Below the pieces are notes generated by a model. That model did not search any database, was not told where the DNA came from, and saw nothing but the letters and a program-made list of their open reading frames with translations. Position numbers and translations under genes: made by a program. DNA of 38,460 nt. Source: a virus. Lineage: Duplodnaviria; Heunggongvirae; Uroviricota; Caudoviricetes. The stretch lies in the IMG/VR virus record IMGVR_UViG_3300045911_000760. One strand, written 5' to 3'. Position 1 is the stretch's first letter. Every line of letters begins with the position of its first letter. Positions 25,544-34,874 of this stretch are shown in pieces.

Positions 25544-26056
25544 ATGCCCCATGATGCTCAGAAGGCGCGCGAGCGATCGCGCAGGTATCGCGAGCGCAAG
25601 AAGGTTGCGAAGTACGGAGCCGAGTCCGCAGGCAAGGACATGCGTGGCCGTCACGGCAACCACGCGCGAGGTCCCCAGAGCGGCAACTGGGCCGGAGAGA
25701 AGCTCCGTACCAGCCACGGTTACATCGCCGTGCGCGTGCCGCTCAACCACCCTCATGCCTGGGGTCCGCCAAGACTGAAAGGTTTCAGATACGCATATGA
25801 GCACATCGTAGTCGCAATGCAGATACTCGGCCGACCGCTTCTCGACGACGAGGTTGTTCATCACCGGAATGGGCAGCGAGACGACAACCGCCCAGAAAAC
25901 CTCGAAGTGACGACTCGTTCTGAGCATGCCCGTGAGCACACTTCGCTCCCTGGAACGAGGGACGAGCTGGGGCGCTTCAACGACGCACCTCGTCATGGTG
26001 ACCCCTCGGAGTGGCCCGAGGACCTCCGGGTCCGACAAATGCCGGGGGGCGCATGA
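25544..26056 (+). CDS. HNH endonuclease with foreign C-terminal tail
   Basis: GYIAVR...YEHIVV...EVVHHRNGQRDDNRPENLEV; tail GDPSEWPEDLRVRQMP. Confidence 0.85.
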   Translation: MPHDAQKARERSRRYRERKKVAKYGAESAGKDMRGRHGNHARGPQSGNWAGEKLRTSHGYIAVRVPLNHPHAWGPPRLKGFRYAYEHIVVAMQILGRPLLDDEVVHHRNGQRDDNRPENLEVTTRSEHAREHTSLPGTRDELGRFNDAPRHGDPSEWPEDLRVRQMPGGA

Positions 26057-26259
26057 CGCTGGGCTACATCGCACTCGGTGCCGCCGGAGTGGTCGGCCTG
26101 TTCATCGTGGCCGCTGTCGTGAGCTCCGCGCTCCACCGCCCGCCCCCGTGGACGCCGCCGCCCAACGAAGAGCTCCGGGCGTGGCAGCTCCGGTTCCACG
26201 AGAAGGCCGCCGACGAGGTTGCCGTGGTGCAACGGTACTCCAAGGAGCTCGGGCTGTGA
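26053..26259 (+). CDS. Small single-TM protein
   Basis: MTLGYIALGAAGVVGLFIVAAVV; ATGA overlap. Confidence 0.6.
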   Translation: MTLGYIALGAAGVVGLFIVAAVVSSALHRPPPWTPPPNEELRAWQLRFHEKAADEVAVVQRYSKELGL

Positions 26260-26987
26260 GGGGCATCATCCTCCGGGACCACGAGGTGCGCGCGCTGCTC
26301 CGCAACAAGCGCGTGCTGGTGGTGCGCCTGGTCGAGCCAGTGTCGAAGCGGCAGCGCAAGTGGTTGACACCAGAACTGCTGAGCTCGGTTCCGAGCACGG
26401 AGTACCGGGACGAGTGGCCCGCTCGCTGCGGTCCTGGTGTACGCCTGGCCCACCCCAAGGGTGGACCGCTTGGGTTTGTGCGGTGCCCGTGGGGCGTAGC
26501 GGGCGAGCGCCGCTCCGTGCGCGAGGCGTGGCAGCAGTTCTTCGATGACGAGATGCCAACTGACCGCCCTCGAGGGCCACGCGGGACGATGGGGTGCCCG
26601 GCGACACCCGAGAGGGTTTCTCGCGTTTTCTATCGCGCCGACGGCGAGTCCCACCCGCATGACGAGTACGGGCATCCCGTTTGGCTCCCATCGACCCACA
26701 TGCCCAGCTGGGCTTCCCGCCTGACGATCGAGGTGGTCTCGACGAAGGTGGCGCGGCTCCACGCGCTGACCGAGGACGATGCCCAGGCCGCTGGCGCCGA
26801 ACGCCCCGTTCTGTACGACCCGTCTGAAGAGCTTGGGTTCCCGGCGCACCCGTACACCGGAGAGTACCGAGAGGGCCTCAGGAAGCTCTGGGACGATCGC
26901 TACGGCGGGCGCCCCTGGCGCTGCTGGGAAGACAACCCCTGGTGCTGGCTGGGGGAGATGAAGGTCGTGGAGGCGTCGCGCTCATGA
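26256..26987 (+). CDS. Conserved phage protein (ASCH/PUA-related)
   Basis: CPWGVAGERRSVREAW...FYRADG...PSTHMPSWASRLTIEV...NPWCW. Confidence 0.75.
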   Translation: MRGIILRDHEVRALLRNKRVLVVRLVEPVSKRQRKWLTPELLSSVPSTEYRDEWPARCGPGVRLAHPKGGPLGFVRCPWGVAGERRSVREAWQQFFDDEMPTDRPRGPRGTMGCPATPERVSRVFYRADGESHPHDEYGHPVWLPSTHMPSWASRLTIEVVSTKVARLHALTEDDAQAAGAERPVLYDPSEELGFPAHPYTGEYREGLRKLWDDRYGGRPWRCWEDNPWCWLGEMKVVEASRS

Positions 26988-27679
26988 GACGCCCTTGGAC
27001 TCCTGCCGACGACGATCGCCTCCACTACCTCTGGGGCGCCGACCGGCTCGAAGCCATCGCTGCGGACCTGGGCCGAACGCCTGTCGCCGTGTATCTGCGC
27101 GCCCGCCGCATTGGGCTGAAGTGCGGGACGCCGCAGGGGAGCGAATCGTTTGCCGAGGCCTGCCGGAGAACGGGGTTCTCCCCGGACGGGCTCCGCCACG
27201 TGCTGCGCCGCGCTGGCGTGCGGCTGCGGCAGAAGATGTCTCCGCCAGGGCCCCGCAAGACCGCCGTGCGCGGCCTGTGCGTCGACTCCTTTGCGGTCGA
27301 CGAGGCGGTGGCCAAGTGGCTGTCGGAGGAGACCCCAGGCGAGGCCGCCCGGCGGCACGGAGTGCGACCTGAAGCCCTGCGCAGCTGGCTCCGAGAAGCC
27401 GGGAAGATCCCGCAGAGCCGCAGCCGGCGCACGTGTGAGCGGATCCCGAGCACTGAGATCGACGCTGTCGTCGCGGAGGTGCGCCGCCTGCGCAACGTCA
27501 CCTCAGAGGCAAAGCGGCTCGGGGTGCCGCAGCAAACTCTGTCCCGGTGGCTGCGCGAAGCGGGAGTGCCGCGCCGCGGCGCCTGGGCGTGGCTGGTGGA
27601 CCCCGAGACGGTCGAACGGGTCGTGTCCGAGAGGATGTCGCGAAGGCGCGAGAGAACGCTGCCCATGGCGGCCGAGTGA
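26984..27679 (+). CDS. Multi-HTH DNA-binding protein
   Basis: WTPADDDRL start plus several HTH-like units (TPGEAARRHGVRPEALRSWL; TSEAKRLGVPQQTLSRWL). Confidence 0.7.
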   Translation: MRRPWTPADDDRLHYLWGADRLEAIAADLGRTPVAVYLRARRIGLKCGTPQGSESFAEACRRTGFSPDGLRHVLRRAGVRLRQKMSPPGPRKTAVRGLCVDSFAVDEAVAKWLSEETPGEAARRHGVRPEALRSWLREAGKIPQSRSRRTCERIPSTEIDAVVAEVRRLRNVTSEAKRLGVPQQTLSRWLREAGVPRRGAWAWLVDPETVERVVSERMSRRRERTLPMAAE

Positions 27680-27695
27680 AGGTGGTCGAGAAGGT

Positions 27696-29405
27696 ATGAC
27701 GAAGACGACGAAGCTCCGCCTGGCGGACAAGCTACAGCTGCCGCTCGAGGCAGCGACAGAAACCCTGGCCGTCCTAGGCCGCCGCGGGAGCGGCAAGACT
27801 CACACGGCATCGGTGTTCGTCGAGGAACTCCTCTCGGCTGGCATTCACACCGTGGTCCTGGACCCGCTCGACGTGTGGGCGGGCCTCCGGAGCTCGGCCG
27901 ACGGCAAGAGCGAAGGCTTCCCCGTGGTGGTGTTCGGCGGGGCACACGGCGACCTGCCCCTCGAGGGCGCGTCCGGACGGGTCCTCGCGGATGCGGTGGT
28001 CGACCACCAGCTTTCCGCCGTTCTGTCCCTGCGGCACCTAAGCAAGACCGAGCAGCGCCGGTTCGTGGGCGAGTTCTGCGAGCGGCTCTATGAGCGGAAG
28101 GGCGTCGAGGAGCACCGCGCGCCCCTGCACGTGGTAATCGACGAGGCCGACGCCTTTGTAGCCCAGCGCATGCCGCCGGGCGGGGAGCGCGCCTACGGCG
28201 CCATCGACACCCTGGTGCGCCGCGGGCGGTCGAGCGGGTTCGGGACGACCCTCATCTCCCAGCGTGCCGCCGTGATCGCGAAGGACGTGCTCACGCAAAC
28301 GGAAGTGCTGGTCTGCCACCAGACCACGGGGCCCCAGGATCGGAAGGCGCTGGAGGCCTGGATCGAGCAGAACGATTCCGAGGGGCATCGCGCCGAGTTC
28401 CTCCGATCGCTCGCCAGCCTGCGGACCGGGGAGGCCTGGTTCTGGTCGCCGGCGTGGCTGCGCATCTTCCAGCGTGTGCAGGTCCGCAAGCGGAAGACCT
28501 TCGACAGCTCGAGCACGCCCAAGGTCGGCCAGGCACGGGTCGCACCGAAGAAGCTCGCCCCGGTGGACATCGACGCCCTGCGGGCCCAGCTCGCCGCGGT
28601 GGTCGAAAAGGCAGCTGGGGACGACCCCAAGGCCCTCCGGAAGCGGATCGTCGAGCTCGAGCGAGAGCTGACCAAGGCGCGGGCGGGGACCGCGGACTCG
28701 ACGGAACTCGCGCGCCTGCGCGCCGAGGTCGCATCCTGGCAAGGGGCGGCAACGCTAGCGCAGGGGGTTATGGCGGACGCGGGACGCGCCATCGAGCGGG
28801 CGTGCGACGCCCTCGAAAAGGTGGGGGCTCCGCGGCGCGCTCCGCAGCACGTGCCAGCCCAGAATATTCGGAGGAATATTTCGTCGCCAAAGCCCGCCGC
28901 CGTTGCTTCCCCGAAGCCAAAAATAGCCGCGCGAGCGCCGTCCGAGTCCAGGAATATTTCGCTCGGCAAGGGGGAGACAGCCACCCTGACCGTGCTCCTT
29001 CAGCATCCGAACGGGTGCACGCGGGAGCAGCTGACGATCATCACCGGCTATAAGCGCTCCACGAGAGATGCCTACGTCCAGCGCCTGCGCGCCGCGGGGC
29101 TCGTGGAGGTGGCTGGAGCCGTCGTGCGCGCCGTCCCCGGGGCTGAGGCGGCCGTGCCCGACTTCGAGCCGCTCCCCACGGGCGCGGCCCTGCTGACCCA
29201 CTGGCTGGAGCGGCTGCCCCAAGGGGAGGCGGAGGTCCTGCGGGTGGCAAACAGCGCCTACCCCGAGAGCGTGACGCGGGACGAGGTGTCCGACGCCACC
29301 GGGTACAAGCGATCCACGCGCGACGCATACATCCAACGGCTCAAGGCTCGGGCGCTCGTCCAGGTCACCGGCGGCGGCATTCGGATGAGTGAGGTGCTCG
29401 CGTGA
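27696..29405 (+). CDS. HerA/FtsK-like (DUF87-type) ATPase with two C-terminal winged-helix repeats
   Basis: Walker A GRRGSGKT, Walker B VVIDEAD, RRGRSSG, ISQR; TGYKRSTRDAY occurs twice. Confidence 0.85.
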   Translation: MTKTTKLRLADKLQLPLEAATETLAVLGRRGSGKTHTASVFVEELLSAGIHTVVLDPLDVWAGLRSSADGKSEGFPVVVFGGAHGDLPLEGASGRVLADAVVDHQLSAVLSLRHLSKTEQRRFVGEFCERLYERKGVEEHRAPLHVVIDEADAFVAQRMPPGGERAYGAIDTLVRRGRSSGFGTTLISQRAAVIAKDVLTQTEVLVCHQTTGPQDRKALEAWIEQNDSEGHRAEFLRSLASLRTGEAWFWSPAWLRIFQRVQVRKRKTFDSSSTPKVGQARVAPKKLAPVDIDALRAQLAAVVEKAAGDDPKALRKRIVELERELTKARAGTADSTELARLRAEVASWQGAATLAQGVMADAGRAIERACDALEKVGAPRRAPQHVPAQNIRRNISSPKPAAVASPKPKIAARAPSESRNISLGKGETATLTVLLQHPNGCTREQLTIITGYKRSTRDAYVQRLRAAGLVEVAGAVVRAVPGAEAAVPDFEPLPTGAALLTHWLERLPQGEAEVLRVANSAYPESVTRDEVSDATGYKRSTRDAYIQRLKARALVQVTGGGIRMSEVLA

Positions 29406-30328
29406 AGAACCGACAAGGCTACCTCCACATCCACGACACGTTGGTCCAAGTCTGGGAGGACGAAGTCGACAGCGACGGACTGTTCCAGGTGTTCCGCCGC
29501 GCGCTCGCGCGAATGCGGAAGCGTGGCTGGGAGCTCCAGCGCGACCCCGAAGTGGAGAAGCGATACCCGTCAATCGCCCGCACCCACTGGGTGGGTCGCA
29601 AGGGCGACTTGGAGGTCGAGCTGGAAACAGCTGGGCGTTGCCTCAAGGTTGGCTTCTTCCAGAACGTCTCGTTCGAGAACCCGAACGGCGGGCGCTACGA
29701 CTTCCAAAAACTGAAGCGAATGGCCGCGGCATCTCGCTCCATGCGCCTTCAGTGCCTGGCCGAGATGCACGTCCTGGCTCGGTTCCTCCATGAGACTTGG
29801 GGCTACCCGCTGAAGGTTCGCGACGGATTCGGGCATCGACCCGTCGAGATCACCCCGCTCGTTGTCCGCGACATCGCGGAGGACCGCCGAGACGGTCCTC
29901 CGTTGGAGATCTTCAACCGGGATTGGGGTTCCGATCGCTTCGAGCGCGACGAGACGGGATGGCCGTCGCAGAAGGAAATCTCCACCTGCTGGAGCCGTCA
30001 CGACCGACACGGGAAGCTCATCACCCAGGGGGTCACGAAGTACATCCGAGACAGGGGAGGACGGCTCGCGCGGGGACAGGTATTCGGGGGCATCAACGGG
30101 AACTGGTGGTTCGTGTCGAACGGCTCCGTCATCGAGCATGTACACGCGGCGGAGTGCTTCGACTGCGAAGACCCGGAAATCTTCGATCGGAGGTCGAAGA
30201 ACGCGGTGCACCTGCTGCGCCTCCGGGAGGAGCTCGCCAAGGCCACCAAGGCCGAGGACTACCGGCGCGTCGCGACGCTGGGCGCGGTGCTCGCTCGGTT
30301 CACCACAAAGCGGCAGGAGGCAGCGTGA
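29402..30328 (+). CDS. Hypothetical phage protein
   Basis: 308 aa, GTGA coupled; FFQNVSFENPNGGRYDF. Confidence 0.7.
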   Translation: MKNRQGYLHIHDTLVQVWEDEVDSDGLFQVFRRALARMRKRGWELQRDPEVEKRYPSIARTHWVGRKGDLEVELETAGRCLKVGFFQNVSFENPNGGRYDFQKLKRMAAASRSMRLQCLAEMHVLARFLHETWGYPLKVRDGFGHRPVEITPLVVRDIAEDRRDGPPLEIFNRDWGSDRFERDETGWPSQKEISTCWSRHDRHGKLITQGVTKYIRDRGGRLARGQVFGGINGNWWFVSNGSVIEHVHAAECFDCEDPEIFDRRSKNAVHLLRLREELAKATKAEDYRRVATLGAVLARFTTKRQEAA

Positions 30329-30672
30329 GCGACGAATTCTACATCCTCTCTCTCAAGTGGTCCGTGGACCAAAACGGGAAGCCGCTTCCGCGCCGAAAGA
30401 GTGGCTGGCAGCCGGGCGACCAGTTCGTGCTCATCTGGTGGGCGCCTGACGCCAAGGGGTACACGCGCTGCCTGGAGAACGCTGGCCGGTACACACGGGC
30501 GCAGATCGACGCGGCTCCCGGCTACTACAACAACGGCGAGACGACATGCGCCGTCCCCTGCGAAGTCGTTGAGGCTCACGCCAACCGGATGACTGGAGAT
30601 TGGCACATGCACACGTTTCGCACGGCGAGCGGTAGGGCTTTCGCGTCGACCGACGAGCAGGAGACCGCGTGA
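30325..30672 (+). CDS. Conserved phage hypothetical protein
   Basis: FYILSLKW...WWAPDAKGYT...AGRY. Confidence 0.7.
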   Translation: MSDEFYILSLKWSVDQNGKPLPRRKSGWQPGDQFVLIWWAPDAKGYTRCLENAGRYTRAQIDAAPGYYNNGETTCAVPCEVVEAHANRMTGDWHMHTFRTASGRAFASTDEQETA

Positions 30673-31112
30673 ACTGCCTGCAGCCCGAGCCCCTGTTCCT
30701 CTTCTGCCCTGCGTGCGGCAGTCAGCACGAGGACCTCGGCGAGTGGGCGACGCGCCCCCACCGAACGCACCTCTGCCTGTTCTGCAAGCACGAGTGGAGA
30801 CCGCACGAGCACCCGACCGTTGGCGTGGCACTCCCAGCCGTCGGTGAGGAGCTACGATGCATCATCCTTCCCCACGCGGTGTTCGCGAGCCTCGACGAGT
30901 ATTCGTGCACGATGCCGACAGGTCCGCGCGTTGGGCGCTTCTGGCGGAGAAGGTGGCCGTTCCGCGCGCCAGACCGCACCGGGATTCAGAACCTCGCCGT
31001 CGTGACCCCTGGACCGGATGGCGCTGACTACAACTTGATCGTCTGGCGGCGTCTTTACGTCGCCGAGTGGCTGTTTGTGGATGCGCTGGTGAGCGCTGCG
31101 AGGGCTGCTTGA
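30669..31112 (+). CDS. Hypothetical Zn-binding protein
   Basis: CPACGSQH...HRTHLCLFCKHEW. Confidence 0.6.
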   Translation: MNCLQPEPLFLFCPACGSQHEDLGEWATRPHRTHLCLFCKHEWRPHEHPTVGVALPAVGEELRCIILPHAVFASLDEYSCTMPTGPRVGRFWRRRWPFRAPDRTGIQNLAVVTPGPDGADYNLIVWRRLYVAEWLFVDALVSAARAA

Positions 31113-31471
31113 ACTGCGGACACTGGGGAAACCTTGCGCGGCGCAAGCTCGGAGCGCTACCCGAAGGCTTTGAGTTCTTCGAGATTCGCGCGACCAAGTG
31201 GGGCACGATGCTGAAGGGCGGCGTCGCGACCGTCACGAAGTCCGGCAAGAACAAGGGCCGGAAGCGCTGGGGCGGGCCGCACCTGACCGCGATCGTCACC
31301 GACGAAGAGTACCAGGCCGAGCTAGCACGGTACGAGCGCGAGACCGGAAACTGCCACGAGTGCTTGGGCGAGAAGCAGACCGTGGCCGGTTGGCACCACC
31401 AGACGGGCTGGAGCTATCGCACGTGCCACCGCTGCAAGGGGAGCGGTAAGGCTCCGGAGAGCAGGACATGA
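31109..31471 (+). CDS. Hypothetical protein with DnaJ-like Zn finger
   Basis: CHECLG...CHRCKGSG; TTGA overlap used as the start. Confidence 0.6.
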   Translation: MNCGHWGNLARRKLGALPEGFEFFEIRATKWGTMLKGGVATVTKSGKNKGRKRWGGPHLTAIVTDEEYQAELARYERETGNCHECLGEKQTVAGWHHQTGWSYRTCHRCKGSGKAPESRT

Positions 31472-31812
31472 CCTCGGCGGAGCGGAAGCCACGTCGGTTC
31501 CGCATGGTCGACATGGGCGACGGAAAGCTGACGCGCGTCATGGTCGTCGAGAACCGCGGACACGATGGCTACGTCGTCCGGTGGACGCAGTCTTGCTCCG
31601 GGTGCCACGAGACCAACGAGGGCTACGAGACGGGACTCTACCCCTACGACGAGAAGGCCCAGTGCTACGTCGGCGCGGGGTGCAGTGAGTGCGGGTACAC
31701 AGGTAAGCGTCGCATGGAGTGGTGGATCCCGTTCGACCCGCGCGCGGAGAAGGACATCGAACGCCAGATCGACGAGGAGATTCGCTGGCAAGAGGAGCGA
31801 GAAAGCGCATGA
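31468..31812 (+). CDS. Hypothetical Cys-motif protein
   Basis: CSGCHE...GCSECGYTGKRR. Confidence 0.6.
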   Translation: MTSAERKPRRFRMVDMGDGKLTRVMVVENRGHDGYVVRWTQSCSGCHETNEGYETGLYPYDEKAQCYVGAGCSECGYTGKRRMEWWIPFDPRAEKDIERQIDEEIRWQEERESA

Positions 31813-32441
31813 CGTTCTGTGACCGCGAAGCCCTCGCGTCCGCCAGTCTCGACGGCGAGACGCACGTGATTGAACCGCTCCCCAGGCTCGCGATCTCCGT
31901 TCATGCCCCCTGGGCCTGGGCCCTGCTCTACGGCGGCAAGGACATCGAGAACAGGGCTCCCAACTTCCCAATGCGACACCGCGGCGCGCCGGTGCTCGGA
32001 GACGTGTGGTTGCACGCAAGCCTGTGGCCAGGGCGGGGGCCACTACGCGACTTCTCGGACGCCAAGGCGGCGTTTGTGGCGGAAGGGCAACGCATGGTCG
32101 AGACCATGTGGGAGTCGCAGGGCTGGCTCGACGAGACCTATGACATCCGGAACACGAAGTGCCTGGCGCGCCTGTACGCGCTGACCGAGGAGAAGCTCGG
32201 GGTCTCGGTCCCGAAGACGTCGGAACTCAACAACCTGCGCGGCCACATCGTCGGCCGCCTCCGCGTCACCGGCCACCGCGACCCACGCGACCCACCGGAA
32301 TCCGCCTGGTACGTCCTCGGGAGCAAGGCGGTGCTCGTGGAGGCTCCGCGTCCGCTGGCTACGCCGGTGCTCTGCAAGGGCGCGCTGGGGTGGTGGCCCG
32401 TGCCCGACGACGTGATCGAGCAGCTCCGGGTGGCAGCGTGA
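31809..32441 (+). CDS. ASCH-domain protein
   Basis: ISVHAPWAWALLYGGKDIENR...WLHAS...KGALGWW. Confidence 0.8.
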   Translation: MTFCDREALASASLDGETHVIEPLPRLAISVHAPWAWALLYGGKDIENRAPNFPMRHRGAPVLGDVWLHASLWPGRGPLRDFSDAKAAFVAEGQRMVETMWESQGWLDETYDIRNTKCLARLYALTEEKLGVSVPKTSELNNLRGHIVGRLRVTGHRDPRDPPESAWYVLGSKAVLVEAPRPLATPVLCKGALGWWPVPDDVIEQLRVAA

Positions 32442-32839
32442 AGCGCACACCCCTCGAGCGAAAAACCCCGCTCGTGTCCAAGTCGAAGCTCGAGTCGTCG
32501 AAGCTGCTCACGCGGACCAAGCCCATGCCGAAGAAGCGCGCCAAGCCTCGCAAGGGGCCGCCGCGCGATCCGAAGTTCCTCGCGTTCGTGCGGTCGCAAC
32601 CCTGCTACATCCTCGGGTGCTTCGAGAAGGCGGAAGCCCACCACTTCGGAAGGCGCGGCAAGTCGCAACGCTGCTCCGACTACGAAACCGTGCCCCTCTG
32701 CCACGACCACCACATGGCCTGGCACTCGAGCACGGGCCTACCGGGCAAGACGCGCGCCGAGTGGAAGGAGCTTTGGGCAGCCTACGCCGTGGAGCTCCGA
32801 GCGCAGTTCGAGGGGCATCGCGACGAACAAACTTTCTGA
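32438..32839 (+). CDS. DUF968/NinG-like His-Cys protein
   Basis: FLAFVRSQPC...AEAHH...DYETVPLCHDHH. Confidence 0.75.
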   Translation: MKRTPLERKTPLVSKSKLESSKLLTRTKPMPKKRAKPRKGPPRDPKFLAFVRSQPCYILGCFEKAEAHHFGRRGKSQRCSDYETVPLCHDHHMAWHSSTGLPGKTRAEWKELWAAYAVELRAQFEGHRDEQTF

Positions 32840-32843
32840 CTGC

Positions 32844-32941
32844 CGCCGTCAAAAAGGTTTTGACATCGAAACCGCACGGGACTACCTTACTGAGTGTCGC
32901 AAGGGAAACCCAAGCGGCAAGCCGGCCCCGGGCTACGGGGT
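32844..32941 (+). promoter_or_regulatory. Cassette promoter P1 with leader hairpin
   Basis: TTGACA 32860-32865, N17, TACCTT 32883-32888; hairpin GCCCCG-GGCTA-CGGGGT 32925-32941. Confidence 0.85.
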
Positions 32942-32964
32942 GTTCGTTGAAAACGGAGTCTCTC

Positions 32965-33273
32965 ATGATCGAGGTCACAATCCTCATCCCCCTCTTCTCC
33001 AACGACGGAAAGAGGTTCTCGCGCTCTCACCACGCGAAGTTCGAAGCGCTCCTAGCGCGGACCTTCGGTGGCGTGACCGCCCTCCCCGGTGAAGCCCGGG
33101 GCGTGTGGCTGGATGGGGGCACCCGGTACGATGACCAGCTCATCGGCTACCTGGTCGCCCTGCCCAGCATCACGGACGGCGGGAAGCTCGGACGAGTAAT
33201 CGACCGAGCGAAGCGCCACTACCGGCAAGAAGCCATCTTCTTCCGGTACCTGGGGAGAGCCGAGATCAGGTGA
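32965..33273 (+). CDS. Small protein, possibly P-II/DUF3574-like fold
   Basis: ILIPLFSNDG...TFGGVT...GVW...YRQEAIF; GGAG RBS, ATG at 32965. Confidence 0.6.
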   Translation: MIEVTILIPLFSNDGKRFSRSHHAKFEALLARTFGGVTALPGEARGVWLDGGTRYDDQLIGYLVALPSITDGGKLGRVIDRAKRHYRQEAIFFRYLGRAEIR

Positions 33274-33280
33274 GGCTTCG

Positions 33281-33310
33281 GGGAGGGGGTCGGGAAACCG
33301 GCCCCCTCCC
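33281..33310 (+). terminator. 13-bp GAAA-tetraloop hairpin between cassette-1 genes
   Basis: GGGAGGGGGTCGG-GAAA-CCGGCCCCCTCCC; no U-tract. Confidence 0.55.
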
Positions 33311-33338
33311 GCTTCGATGATCCCAACCGGAGCGAGCC

Positions 33339-34148
33339 ATGCCAGCCAAACGCATCACCTACGAAACCACGCTCGGAGAGCGCATCCAGTACCCGGAGCC
33401 TGCTCCGGAGGTGGCGGCGTACCTCGACCGCGTGAAGCGCGCCGCCGAGGACCCGAAGGTCAGCGAAAACGCCCTGATCGATCTCGTCTACAGCGCGGAG
33501 AACCCGTTGCTCGAGAAGGGGCATTTCGAGTCCCGGCCGGACCGCGGAGCGGTCACCACGAAGACCCTGAAAAACCCCATCTACCACGTGATGGCGGACC
33601 TGCTGCAGCTCAAGGCGATCAAGCTTGGCAGGGCGTCGGCGGCGGACCTCGAGGCCAGCTACACGCAGAGCGTTTCCGACGCGGCGCGGGCGCTGGGGAT
33701 CTCGGAGACGGCCGTCAGGAAGGCGATTCACGCGGGCAAGCTCGTCGCGATCGAGAAGTCCTTCGGGTACCTCATCGACCCGCGATCAACGGAGGACTAC
33801 GGGGCCAACCGCAAGCCCCGCGGGGGCGCTCGGGAGCCAGCGCTGCGGCTGGCCTACGGCAACGAGCCGGGGAAGTCGTTCCGGGCGAAGTTCGCGGGGA
33901 TCCGGCGCGGAAAGCAGGAGAAGTTCAAGGACGGGCAGATCACCCCGTGCGAGGTCGACACCTTCGAGCGGGGGATCTTCATCATCACGGGACGGGAGAT
34001 GCATCGGGCCTTCGTCGTGGTGCCGTCGTCGCGCGTGCACCGGTACGAGCACGGGCGCTTCTTCATCGAGGGGCGATTCAAGTTCGCGGAGAAGATCAAC
34101 AACCCCGAGGCCGCTTCGAAGGCGTTCCGGGAGTTCGAGCCAAGCTGA
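33339..34148 (+). CDS. Protein with central HTH_17-type DNA-binding domain
   Basis: SVSDAARALGISETAVRKAIHAGKLVA...YLIDP. Confidence 0.8.
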   Translation: MPAKRITYETTLGERIQYPEPAPEVAAYLDRVKRAAEDPKVSENALIDLVYSAENPLLEKGHFESRPDRGAVTTKTLKNPIYHVMADLLQLKAIKLGRASAADLEASYTQSVSDAARALGISETAVRKAIHAGKLVAIEKSFGYLIDPRSTEDYGANRKPRGGAREPALRLAYGNEPGKSFRAKFAGIRRGKQEKFKDGQITPCEVDTFERGIFIITGREMHRAFVVVPSSRVHRYEHGRFFIEGRFKFAEKINNPEAASKAFREFEPS

Positions 34149-34184
34149 GCTGGGCGCGCTCGGCCCTCGGGACTATCTGCGCCC

Positions 34185-34272
34185 CGATGTCGAAAAAGTT
34201 TTGACATCGAAACCGACTCACGGTAGATAACAGGAGTCAGCACGACGAACCGAGCCCCAGCGGTCCTGGGGC
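34185..34272 (+). promoter_or_regulatory. Cassette promoter P2 with inverted repeat and leader hairpin
   Basis: CGATGTC-N11-GACATCG; TTGACA 34201-34206, N17, TAGATA; hairpin GCCCCAG-CGGTC-CTGGGGC 34254-34272. Confidence 0.85.
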
Positions 34273-34294
34273 GCCTCTCGGAAAGCAGGAACAA

Positions 34295-34462
34295 ATGGCC
34301 AAGAAGCCCTATCAAGGAACGAACGACGTCTGGTACCGCGGTGAGTACGCGGTGGTCCCCGTGGTCGGCGGATACCAGGTGGTGAACACGCGGACCGCGC
34401 GCCGCAGCACGCCGAAGACGAAGATTCGAGCCCTTCGGCTCCTCATCAAGGTGACTCGCTGA
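34295..34462 (+). CDS. Small basic protein (55 aa), absent from ORF track
   Basis: CAGGA RBS; MAKKPYQGTNDVWYRGEYAVVPVVGGYQVVNTRT...KVTR*. Confidence 0.65.
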   Translation: MAKKPYQGTNDVWYRGEYAVVPVVGGYQVVNTRTARRSTPKTKIRALRLLIKVTR

Positions 34463-34553
34463 GTCCGACGCCTGCCACCGGCCTCGAGGGGGAGACCTCC
34501 CGGGGCCGCGGCAGGCGCCGCACCCGCGTGCCTGGGAAAAACTGAGGGACGAC

Positions 34554-34874
34554 ATGGCGAACAGCATCGCGACAACCATCCTGGCCCAACTCGGCGGAAC
34601 CGGTCGGCTCGTGACGATGATCGGGGCTCACAACCTCATCGACTGCGGCAAGGGGCTGTCGCTTAGCTTCCGTGGCTGCCGCAAGGCGAACCGGCTGATC
34701 ATCACACTGGACGAAAGCGACACCTACACCGTGGAGCTCGGCAAGTTCTCGCGGTGCTCCTACACCACCGTCTACCAGGCCAGCGGGATCTACGCCGACG
34801 GGCTCCGCCAGGTCATCGAGAACGAGACCGGCCTTTACCTGAGCCTCGGCACCCTGGGTAGGGGCGCGGCGTGA
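34554..34874 (+). CDS. Conserved mobile-element small protein
   Basis: IATTILAQLGG...MIGA...ANRLIITLDESDTYTV...GIYADGL...ETGLYLSL; a pattern I recognise from phage/plasmid early regions, function unknown. Confidence 0.75.
   Translation: MANSIATTILAQLGGTGRLVTMIGAHNLIDCGKGLSLSFRGCRKANRLIITLDESDTYTVELGKFSRCSYTTVYQASGIYADGLRQVIENETGLYLSLGTLGRGAA

Noticed and set aside
27150-27695. N-terminal extension of the ATPase ORF
   Set aside because: It overlaps the multi-HTH gene; RBS and ATG at 27696 fit the domain start.
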